From Octopus sinensis (lineage: Eukaryota), in assembly GCF_006345805.1 (NCBI RefSeq), contig NC_043018.1:14818001-14882000 (forward strand): DNA of 64,000 nt. Reading direction: 5' to 3'. Made by a program: the position numbers and the translations under genes. The notes beneath the pieces are model-generated. The model was not told the DNA's origin. It searched no databases and saw only the letters and a program-made list of their open reading frames with translations. Positions within the stretch are counted from its first letter, which is position 1; every line of letters starts with the position of its first letter. This document shows positions 13,592-25,100 of this stretch, in pieces.

Positions 13592-13815
13592 AGGCGGTGA
13601 GCTGGAGGAATCGCTAACATGTCGGGCAAAATGCAAAACGGCATTTCGTCCGTCTTTACGTACAGAGTTCAAATTCCGCCGAGGTCGACTAATCCTTTTG
13701 AGCTCGATAAAATAAATGCCAGTTAAGAACTGGGGTCGATCTGATCGACTCACATCCCTGAAAATGCTGGTCTTGTGCCAAAATTTGAAACCATCATCAT
13801 CATTATTATTATTAC

Positions 13816-13849
<34 letters not shown>

Positions 13850-13972
13850 GAGTGAGAGAGCTGTGCATGCCATCGAAGCCCAGTATACCGATCATGACTA
13901 CTCGTCTGATAAGGGTACACCAAGCACATGCATCACAACCATATGTGCGCGACCTCATATCACGATAAACAG

Positions 13973-14042
<70 letters not shown>

Positions 14043-14315
14043 GTTGTTGTTGTTGTTATTATTTCTGGGCCCAAATTCTGCCGACATCGAATTTGCCCTT
14101 CATCCTTTCTGTGTCTATAAAATTAGTACCAGTTGAACGCCGGGGTCAATGCAATTGACTCGTCCCCTCCCACCAAAATTTCAGGTCTTTTGCCTGGAAG
14201 AGAAAGAATTATTATTTCCATTTCCAATTTTTTCTGTTTAGATTTTATCACACAGTTTATTCATTAATAATTCCAGGCTTGGGTTAACAGCAGAAGAGCT
14301 AAACCCAAAGAAATT

Positions 14316-14359
<44 letters not shown>

Positions 14360-14570
14360 ACTCTCTCTCTCACACACACACACACACACATGCACACGCA
14401 CACACTCACACACGCACATTCTCTGTCTCTCTCAATAAGGGTTTACAAACGCACTTATGGACACACACTCAGCACATGAATATGTGTGTGTGCGTGTGTG
14501 TGTGTGTTTATGTGTATACACACACACACACATATATATATATATACACACACACACATACACACATATC

Positions 14571-14670
14571 NNNNNNNNNNNNNNNNNNNNNNNNNNNNNN
14601 NNNNNNNNNNNNNNNNNNNNNNNNNNNNNNNNNNNNNNNNNNNNNNNNNNNNNNNNNNNNNNNNNNNNNN
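14571..14670. other. Assembly gap (100 N)
   Basis: Run of N. Confidence 1.
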
Positions 14671-15123
14671 AGCTAATGAAGTTCATAAGATAATAGGTTT
14701 ACTCCTATGTCATCTTGCTTTCTTTTATATATATATAGATATATATATATCTATATATATATAATATATATATATATATCGTTTTTACTGTCCTGTTTTT
14801 GTTATCAACTTTGATCCTCCCCAAATCCCAATTTATTTTATTTTATTTGCTTTGCGAGAGCAACTGTTTTGGCGAAGGCACATCTTGTCGTAAATGCTTG
14901 AAATGTGGAGTAGATAAAACAGCCGACAACTGATGAAGGATCGTTCTTTATGTTGCTTGTCTTGTTTTCTATTTGTTTCTTTTGTTGTTCGCAAAAAAAG
15001 CTCGTATTCCATGTTTTCGTATTTCGTATTTCATGTTGTTTACGTTCTATGATGTCCTGTATCCATATAATGCATGTGTATACATATATATGTATGTAAA
15101 TATATGTATGTATACTGCAACAT

Positions 15124-15252
<129 letters not shown>

Positions 15253-15360
15253 TATATAGTTAATCCCAACAAGAAAGCACAAAAAAACACACACAACAAT
15301 GCGAGGACGTGGAACAAATATAGTATTATTGGACACTCAGGAAAGAAGGAAAGAAGGAGG

Positions 15361-15395
15361 GTTTAACGTTTCGAGCGGAGCTCTTCGTCGGAAAC
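15361..15395 (-). ncRNA. Minimal hammerhead-like motif (CCGACGA core) in a Penelope-like repeat end
   Basis: GTTT-CCGACGA-A-GAGC-tcc-GCTC-GAAA-CG-TT-AAAC. Confidence 0.55.
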
Positions 15396-15423
15396 ATAGG
15401 AGAAGGAAAAATCCAGAGAAAAT

Positions 15424-15960
15424 ATAGGGTTCCCTAAAGAGCGCCGAATTTGAACTGGATAACATTTTTGTGTCTTGAAATTTGAAGGTATGCTTTTATC
15501 CTGTTTGCTGTCTCTCTTCGTTTCGATTTATAGTTTTTTGTTTGTTTTTTTAGAACAGTGTGCTGTGTGTCACGGAGCAGTTTAGAAGTGAGCAACGGGT
15601 TCTCATCGTGAAGACATTTTACCAAAACGGAGAAAATGCGACGCAAACAGCTCGAACACTTCATGCCATTTTGGGGGGAGAAATGAAGCACCCAACAAGT
15701 CTACGGTTCGCAGACTAAAGACCAAGTTTAAAACGATTGGTTCAGTTGCAACGCTCAAATCGCCTGGGCGGAATCGTACTCGTCGGACAGAGCAACAGAT
15801 TGCTGTTGTGCAAGACAGTGTCACTCTGAGTCCGGGAAAATTGATTTACCGGACGTTCGCAGCAGTTGGGCCTCCCGACCACTTCATCACATCGAATTTT
15901 GCTTAATGAGATCCACTGAACTAATTCCTGCAAGGATCTAATCACAATTGAGTTTGGATT
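15424..15960 (+). mobile_element. Degenerate Tc1/mariner-superfamily transposon (left end plus N-terminal HTH region)
   Basis: EQRVLIVKTFYQNGENATQT...APNKSTVRRLKTKFKTIGSVATLKSPGRNRT...; frameshifts; no right TIR seen. Confidence 0.7.
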
Positions 15961-16458
15961 GAATAACTCATGAGTTTTGAGAAGATATTAAAATCATTCA
16001 GCATGGTGGTACCTATTTACAGCCATGTGGACGGAGTCAATGGGGAAAACGTGCTTTGGCCATTGAAAAAGATTGCAATGACCAGGGTGGGATATGAACG
16101 TCGGCCCTTTCAGTTCCCAGTCGATTAGTCCACTAGAGCATCGTGGGAAAGTGTCCGATGTCTTTGTAGCAGATTCCTGTATTTCTGACAGGGACGTGTA
16201 GGGAGGAGAATGGGGTGACGGTGTTGGTGGTGGTGGTGGTGAATGGACAAACAGATGTCGTTGTTCAAGTATTTCGAAACGTTGTCCTTCTTTCTTTCTT
16301 TCCTTCTTTCCAACCAATTATGAATTTCAAGTCGACCTTCAGCCGTTCACATCAGAAACCCCTGACACGCTTACGTCACAGTTTTATGACGTTACGTTTA
16401 CACACACACATTCTCTCTCGTGTTTCTCCCCTTCTCATTCTCATCCCCTCTCTCTCTT

Positions 16459-16496
<38 letters not shown>

Positions 16497-17000
16497 GCGT
16501 CAAATGCGAAACGATGACACACACACAGATCTCTAACAAGATAGCCTTTTCCCTGGCACAATTCACTGAATCTCGTAATTACAGCTGTTAGCTCTCAAGT
16601 TTTGTTTATTTCTTTATTGTCCAAGGTGTCAGACCAGCACTGGCTACTTAATCATGTCCACTAGCTTAGCATACATTTCTTCAAACTTGACCTCACACTC
16701 TTGTCTTTCTCACGACCTCTTTACAGTGGACTGAAGCCATTTCAAACTCTTTCAGAATTGTTTTGTCACGTGGCCTATCACGATGCAAACAGTAGCGAGT
16801 TCAAATCTTGCAGAAGTCGATTCACTCCTTTCTCTATCTCACTGTTGTTGTTGATGCCACAGCCTGCTAACCAATACACACACACACACACACACACATA
16901 CACACACACACATACACATATAGACACACACGTGTGTCTATATGTGTGTGTGTATGTGTGTGTAAGAAAATGAAACGACAATTTTCTTATGCATTTCATT

Positions 17001-17080
17001 AGCTTGCAGCTGTTTCTGCTGCCGAAGCAGTGGATTCATAGTTGAATGCCTGAGTAATATCTTATGGCTTCATCGGAGCC
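17001..17080 (-). ncRNA. Degenerate hammerhead-like motif
   Basis: GGCT-CCGATGA...GAAA-CAGCTG-CA-AGCT; homologous to 18173-18245. Confidence 0.4.
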
Positions 17081-17148
17081 TCGAATATGAAGTGCAATTT
17101 ATTTGAGAAAAATATTACATTTATGTATAAATACACACACCACACACA

Positions 17149-17188
<40 letters not shown>

Positions 17189-18005
17189 TAAATAATGGAA
17201 AATGGAAACAAACGCTCAAGATGTTAGCGTTTGTCTCCATTTTCTATTATTCTGATGTTCTCCAAAACATGTCTCATTTCTCTCCGGAATTAACTTCCAT
17301 GCAAGTGTGATCACTAATTTCTAGGACGCTTATGTGACATCTGGTTACCTTGTAATTGTTCCTCTGGATTTTCCCTATAAATAAAACATTTATATATATA
17401 TATAACACGTGCTTATACCTTCTCCTCTCATAAGCTCGTCCTCCTAGCATTCATAATAATTTCTCTATCGTCTTGGCTTAACAACCCTCACCGTTTGTTC
17501 TCACTGTCCTGTTCTTTCAACCTCCGCAAAAATCCCAGATTTTATTTAATTTGCTTTACGGGAAGGACTGTTTCAACGAAGTCGCGTATTGTCCTTGCCT
17601 TCGTAACGCGGAGTAGATGAAACGGAGACAACTGCTGAAGGGGAATATTCTTTATGTTGCATGTCTCGTTTCTCTGTTTGTTTTTTTTCGTTGTTCGAAA
17701 AAAAATTCGTTTCTATGTTTTTGTTTTTATATTTTCGTTTCTCATTGTGTTCAACGTTTTTTTGATGACCGGTACCCATATATGAATGTATATATATACA
17801 TGTATATGTAGATATGTACATATATTATGCATATATGCATATATTTATATATTATTTATATTTATATTTATATATATATATATGTACATATTATAACATA
17901 TACATATATATATACCAAATATACATATATATATATACACACATATATATATATATGTATATATATATATTATTATATATGATATATAGATAGATAGATA
18001 TATAG

Positions 18006-18114
<109 letters not shown>

Positions 18115-18172
18115 GGCATTGCCAATACATAAATATAACTCCTTTTCCAAATAAACTGCATTTCATATTCGA

Positions 18173-18245
18173 GGCTCCGATCAAGCTATAAGATGTTACT
18201 CAACTATGAGTTCGTTGCATCTTATATCCGAAACAGCCGTAAGCT
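18173..18245 (+). ncRNA. Degenerate hammerhead-like motif
   Basis: GGCT-CCGATCA-...TATAAGATG/CATCTTATA stem...-GAAA-CAGCCG-TA-AGCT. Confidence 0.4.
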
Positions 18246-18301
18246 AATGGAATTCATAAGATAATCGTTCATTCCGTTGTAATCTCATTTTGTTATTCCC
18301 T

Positions 18302-18490
18302 TGGATGGATGGATGGATGGATGGATGGATGGATGGATGGATGGATGGATGGACGGACGGACGGAGACGGACGGACGGACGGACGGATGGATGGACGGAC
18401 GGACGGACGGAGGGACGGATGGATGGATGAATGGATGGATGGATGGATGGATGGATGGATGATGGACGGACGGACGGACGGATAGATGGA
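18302..18490. repeat. (GGAT)n/(GGAC)n microsatellite
   Basis: Direct reading. Confidence 0.95.
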
Positions 18491-19400
18491 TAACCTCGTT
18501 TCAGAATGATATTAAATAGAGCAGAGCCGGTTGAGGCAATGTAATTGCGTTGCAATACGGTCACAAGTTCGAACCTGATTTGTCCAGGCTGGTGGGTGTT
18601 TTGTACAGGGGTTCGGCCTAGGATGAACTGTAAACTTGATATTAAGGTCGTTTGGTGCAATATTATTAGTATATTCTCGGCATTGTACGACCGGTGTAGC
18701 TGCCGTAGAGACGACGGAGTTTCGGTTTGAATGCGGTCTCAATAAAGATCTGTCATGCCGGTTTATCATTTTTCTAATGGCTCTGTTGAGTGTTTCAGAT
18801 TTTGTAATGTTTTGTTTGGAGACCACAGGTGGTAAGGAGCGATATTCTAGGTATGACCGGAGAAAGGAGAACAAAAAGGGGTCTGACGAATAGCCAAAGT
18901 AAAACACCTGAAACTCGGGTCTGTGGAACGAAAAGTTCTGAGGATCCGGGAACTCGTCTCAGAAGCCATATCAACCTTATTGCTGATGTGAACAATACGC
19001 GTGCGCACGCACACACACACGCACACACACACACACACACACACACGCACAGAGGAACAAACACACAGTTATATATATTGATAAGCGTGTGTACAGAGAG
19101 ACAAACAGACAGACAGACAGAGTTTCTCTTATCGGTTTCAGGTGCTGGATTTTGGCTATCCTGGGGCGCCCATCTTTCAAATATTCCAGGCGATTCTATA
19201 ACATCGACACTGGTTTGTCTGGTATTGCTTGTGGAAGCTTCAAAGAAACAAAAAAAAAAGACTAAATAGAAAAAAAAAACCTTATTTAAAAGAATATAAC
19301 TACAATGATGAACTAAACTATACTTTTTATTTTCCCCTCTCTTTTCATTTTCTTACCATCACACACACACACACACTCACACACACAAACTTGCATTTAA

Positions 19401-19439
<39 letters not shown>

Positions 19440-19633
19440 CGTGCTTATAAATTACTTTTTTAAAAAAGAAAACATGTACTTTAACTTGAGTGAAAGTTTC
19501 AGTTGCATTCGACAAAAGAAATAAATATAATCACTTAAAACTACGTTGATAGACTCAATAACTACAACGTTAATAAAGTACGGTTACGGTCGAAGGGAGG
19601 TAACTCCGACATTTTCATTTTTACGTACGTGTA

Positions 19634-19665
<32 letters not shown>

Positions 19666-19827
19666 CATGCGTGTGCGTGTGCGTGTGTGTCCCCGATCAT
19701 GCTGGGGCCCCGCCTTCGAGGGTTTAGAGGAAATAAATCGTTTCCAGTGTTTCTTTTCTAAAGTCTGGTTCATATTCAATCAGTCTCTTTTGCTGAACCG
19801 CAAGTTTACGAGGACGTCAACAAACCA

Positions 19828-19999
19828 GGTACTATTTAAGAAGAGTGGTCCCGGTGCGCGCACTCGCGTAATCGCACAAGCTATTAAACAGTAAATAAAA
19901 CACAAAAACACAAAGTAAGGATCGACTAGTCACGACTAGTTAGCGCGGATGCGCGATACGCGAGTGCGCGCACCGGGACCACTCTTTTTAAGTAGTACC
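19828..19999. mobile_element. MITE with 43-bp TIRs and 9-bp TSD (Mutator-like signature)
   Basis: TIRs 19828-19870 and 19957-19999 (2 mismatches); TSD aacaaacca at 19819-19827 and 20000-20008. Confidence 0.8.
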
Positions 20000-20423
20000 A
20001 ACAAACCACTGGATGTCAAACAGTAGAAGCGGACAAACACACGCACACACACACGACGAGTTTCTAAAGAGTTTCCGTTCACTCACAAGCCATATGAACG
20101 CGCGTGGCTTAGTGCTTAGTAAGTGTGCTGGGTCCCTTTTACCTGCCACTGACATGACTGACTGCATCTATGCAGCACCAGCACCTGTAAAAGACTAAGC
20201 CTGTTCGTATGAATGACAACGATTCTATTTGGTTCGACAAGTCTTCTCAAGTATATCAAATCACCACAACTCCCAGTCCCTTCTTGTTACTTCCCCAGTG
20301 AAGCCCAGTGTCTGAAGATCCTTTCTTCGTCCCACGTTTTACTGGGTTGACCCCTTACATGGGCTCCCTCCAGAATTAGAGCTCAGCACTTCTTCATGCA
20401 GGTGATATACATTTATATATATA

Positions 20424-20454
<31 letters not shown>

Positions 20455-20933
20455 AATGTGTATGTCTACACACACACTTTACTCTCTTTTACTTGTTTCA
20501 GTCATTTGACTGCAGCCATGCTGGAGCACAACCTTTAGTCGAGCAAATTGACCCCAGGACTTATTCTTTGTAAGCCTAGTTCTTATTCTATCGGTCTCTT
20601 TTGCCGAACCCCTAAGTTACGGGGATGTAAACACACCAGCATTGGTTGTCAAGCGATGTTTGGGGGACAAACACAGACACACAAACATATACACACACAC
20701 GTATATACATATATATATACATATATACGACGGGCTTCTTTCAGTTTCCGCCTACCAAATCCACTCACAAGGCTTTGGTCGGTCCGAGGCTATAGTAGAA
20801 GTCACTTGCCCAAGGTGCCACGCAGTGGGGCTGAACCCGGAACCACATGGTTGGTAAGCAAGCTACTTACCACACAGCCACTCCTACGCCTATATATATA
20901 GATATTGAGACACTGATGTATCAGCATAATTCT

Positions 20934-20976
<43 letters not shown>

Positions 20977-21654
20977 CATATATATATAAATGTGTATGTA
21001 TACACACACACACACACACATATATATACATATATATATCCATACATGAATATACAAAGTTAGATACATTTAACTCGAACTCTCAAATATCTTCGTTAAA
21101 TATAAAGTTAAATGAAATAATCAAGTAAGAATCTATTGATTATGCAGTCAACCAGAAATTAAAAATAAAAAAGATAAAGAAAGCAACAAGAAATGCAAGA
21201 TAAAAAAAATCTAATAATTTGATGAAGGCAGGAAAAAATAACATGAATGGCTTAACTCCAAAAAATAATTGTTTTTAATTACATAATTTTGTTGTTTTTA
21301 AAGAATTTGAAAGTAAATTTTTTTTGCTTTTTCAAAGTCGACACAGAAAACAGCTTTTGGATGGAAGTTGTAAAATATATCGTCATGTATGACTAGAGAG
21401 TTTGCTTAAAGCTGTACTTGACGTACGGAACCAGTCAGTATTGTAACTCAGGAATTTTCCATTCCTCATTTATCAGGAATTATCCATTCCACCTTTATTT
21501 GGAATTATGCGCTTCTCATTTAATCAGGAGAAAAAAAAAAAAATCATATTTCATTTTAGCTGCAGACATTAATGTAGATTAAAACTAAAGGTGTTACCAT
21601 AGCAATATTCAATTAATTATTGTTGTTCTTCTTCTTCTTAGTGTTACAGCTGTC

Positions 21655-21660
21655 TTTATT
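21655..21660 (-). terminator. Candidate P5CS polyadenylation signal AATAAA
   Basis: First minus-strand AATAAA about 320 nt past the stop, after a CAA-rich stretch; a second lies at 21494-21499. Confidence 0.35.
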
Positions 21661-21982
21661 AAAACTGTTTTTATGAGTTTTTTTTTTTAAAAAAAATTTG
21701 GTTTTGTGGTTGTTGGTGTTGTTGTTCTTCGCTATGGCTGTTGTAAATTCTGTGACAGCTTCTGTTGTTGTTCTTGTGTTTATAGTTGTTCATAAGCGTT
21801 GTTGTTCTCAGGCTTTTCCTTACTATGAGGCTTGTTGTTGTTGTTGTTGTTTGTTGTTCTTAAAGCTGTTATTGTTATTATCACTTCTATGTTTGATGTT
21901 GTTGTTGTTGTTTGTCTTTCATGTCAACCTGTTCCCAAGAAACTCCGCCAGGCGCATGTGACCCACCAGAGTCCAAGGTTGA

Positions 21983-22149
21983 CTATTCCTTGACTGGAAT
22001 GCTTTCGTGGGCATACGATAGTTTCCCAGTGGAAAAGTCAGAAACTGTTTGACCTTCTCCCCTTAGGACCCATTTTGTGGTCAGTAGCCCTTCAACTCCA
22101 ACAGGGCCCCTTGCATGGATACGACTTGTACTGATTCCAACCTCAGCCC
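21983..22149 (-). CDS. ALDH18A1: P5CS coding exon 14 (terminal)
   Basis: (G)[30 protein letters not shown]...[11 protein letters not shown]; tttcag|; 167 nt. Confidence 0.96.
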
Positions 22150-25100
22150 CTGAAAAAAATAACAAGGGTACATCATTTATAAAAATATAATTGTTTTAAT
22201 TTCTGATTTAATTGAAAGTAAGATGTCTTGCAAACAACTTGCACATGCAAGTGCTACCAGTCGAGAACTCCGCATACCGGGAGCCAGCAAGTGTATGGGG
22301 TCATCAGGAGAGAATGCACACCGTTTTGGGGCCAACCACTTGATGGCATCAATGCGCACTGGCCCCGCCTCACTGATATGAGGCCCCGCTTGCTAGATCA
22401 ACTGGTTATTAAATAAAGCTCACTATCAACTAATTAATTACACACAATGAAGTTATCAAATTCTTCAAAAAAACTCTGCTGCTGTGGAATATTTATGGAC
22501 AACAGATTATCACCACTTTCTTTCAATTCCAGATTCTGAGACCCCCTTCGGTCACAACACAGACCATGGGATTGCACCTAGAAAGTTACCCTCCCAGGCT
22601 CAAGCCCAGAGAAGGTTGTTTATGGAAGACCAGCAGTCGCCCATGCATACCAACCTCCCCTCTCCACGCCACCAGTGTTATCCAAGGGAAAGACAAAGGG
22701 GCCGATACAGCTTGGCACCTGTGACGTCGCAACTCATTTCTACAGCTGAGTGAACTGGAGCAACGTGAAATAAAGTGTCTTACTCAAGAACACAACACGC
22801 AGCCCAGTCCGGGATTCGAGCTCACAACCTCACGATCGTAAGCTCGATGCTCTAGCCACTGAGCCATGTGCCTTCACTATTCCAGATTAGATCTTAATTA
22901 ATTACAAAAGTGATGCTGATGTAATTTTGCTGAGTCAGTTATCAATAGCAAAATTCTGGAATGTTGTTGATGATATCATTGGTGTGTAAGTTACTCCATA
23001 TTGACACAGATAAGTGGTTAGAATAAGAGTAGACTAGTGTAACATTTAAACTAATATAACTGAATCTGTGCAAAACTGAGAGAAGATATGGTTACTTACC
23101 TAATCCAAACCTGTATCCATCAGAAAAACGTGTGCTAATGTTATGGAAAACACATGCACTGTCCACTGTTTTCAAAAATCTTTCTGCCACAGCAGCTGTG
23201 GAATAGAGAGAAATGGAACATTAGAACATGGAAACAATAGCAAAGTTCCATATAAAAAGCGCTGTCCACTCTGTAAGGTGGTTGGCGTTAGGAAGGGCAC
23301 CCAACGGTAAAAACCATGCCAAAACAGACAGTAAAGCCTGGTGTAGACTTCAATCTAGCCGGCTTCTTACAAACCATCCAACCCATGCCAGCATGGAAAA
23401 CAAACGTTAAATCATGATGATGATAATGATGACATATTAATTATTGATCTTATTAATCACAAGGTCAACTTTGTCTGACCCCCTTCTAAAACAGTAGGAG
23501 TGTGGTGGGAAGAAATCTGGTTGTTATTTCTGGAAGGTTAAGCAACCATGCAGAGTTTCCCTGACTTATTAGAAGTCGTGATGGTGTACACATGTTGATG
23601 CAGAGATACATGCCTTAGATCTGCTGCTGGTAACAAAGGGCCTCTCACTCAAAGTGAAAGGTAGACTGTATGATGCATGTGTGCACACAGCCATGCTACA
23701 CTGCTGTGAAAATTGGACTGTGACTGCTGATGACATGCATAAGCTTGCAAGAAATGAAGCTAGTATGCTCAGCTGGATGTGTAATGTCAGTGTGCATATA
23801 CAACAGAGTGGAAGCACCCTGAGAGAAAAGTTGGGAATAAGAAGCATCAGATGTGGTGTGTAAGAGAGACGACTGTACTGTTATGGTCATGTGTTGTATA
23901 TGGATGAGGACAGCTGCGTGGAAAAGTGGAGGAAACCTGTCGAAACTTGGGATGAGGTGGTGAAGCACAACCATCGAATGTTGGGCCTCATGGAAGTAAT
24001 AACAAGTAACCGAGGCCTTTGGAGATATGTTGTACTTGACAAACCAAGACCTGACAAACCAAGTGAGACTGTAGCCATGGTCTATGCCAGTGTCACATAA
24101 CCATTCAATCATTGGGCAATATACTGTGCTTGAGAAAACCTGTTGAGTGATGTGAAATTATTGTTGTAGCCGATGCCAGTACCACCTGACTAGCACCTGT
24201 GCTGGTGGCACGTAAAAAGCACCCACTATACTCTCAGAGTGGTTAGCGTTAGGAAGGGCATCTAACTGTAGAAACCTAGCCAGTGCAGACTGGAGCCTGG
24301 TGCAGCCTTCTGGCTTGCCAGTCCTTAGTCAAACTGTCCAACCAATGCCAGCATAGAAAGCGGACGTTAAACAATGATGTTGATGATGAGGATGATGCTT
24401 TAGTTCAGTAACATATCTTTCTAGGGATTTGGGGAATTTTGATTTTATTTATTTTAGTTTTTTGAAGAAACCTAACTTCAACTAACTTTTTACAGTTCAA
24501 TTTTTAAACACAATTTTCTAAGCTTGAGAAGGTAAGTAGGAGGTGCAATATTGAATTTTGCACCCCAAACAAAATTTTAGGGGATGCAAGTGCGCCCCAT
24601 ACACCCCCTGTTCCCGGGCCCTTGGACAAGGAAGTTCCTTTGTCAAGCTGCAACAAAAACAGTCGACATTTACAAACATTATTTCTGTAGCATATAAAAG
24701 TCGATGGGAATAACCATGTTTATGGGAATAACCGTGTCAAGGGGAATAACATCTCAAGGGGAATAACCGTGTGAAGGGAAATAATTCCTTACAACTTTCA
24801 TAAGCATTTCCTATTGGCTTCGTCAACTTAGCAAGTGATTAACGCTAATTAATCATCATTCTACTACTGCTTATGCGTGGTCGATCGATTTGCTAGAATT
24901 AACGACCAAATGTCCCTCAAATTGCAAATTCCAACCTATCATTAAAAATAAAATGGAAAAGAACCCAATGGTTAATGTAGTCCTAAATATATTTTGTGTG
25001 CGTGTGTGTGTGTGTGTGCGTGTGTGTATGTGTGTGTGTGTGTGTGTGTGTGCGTGTGTGTGTGTGTGAGAGAGAGAGAGAAGAGAGGAAGCTGTAGATA

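Noticed and set aside
14929-14940. CTGATGA at about 14930 (and CTGCTGA near 17633, CTGATGA near 49634 and 62807) as hammerheads
   Set aside because: No downstream stem II-GAAA-UH arrangement found.
23125-23145. NIST in place of the usual NAST in the GPR motif
   Set aside because: A single substitution; its significance cannot be judged without an alignment.
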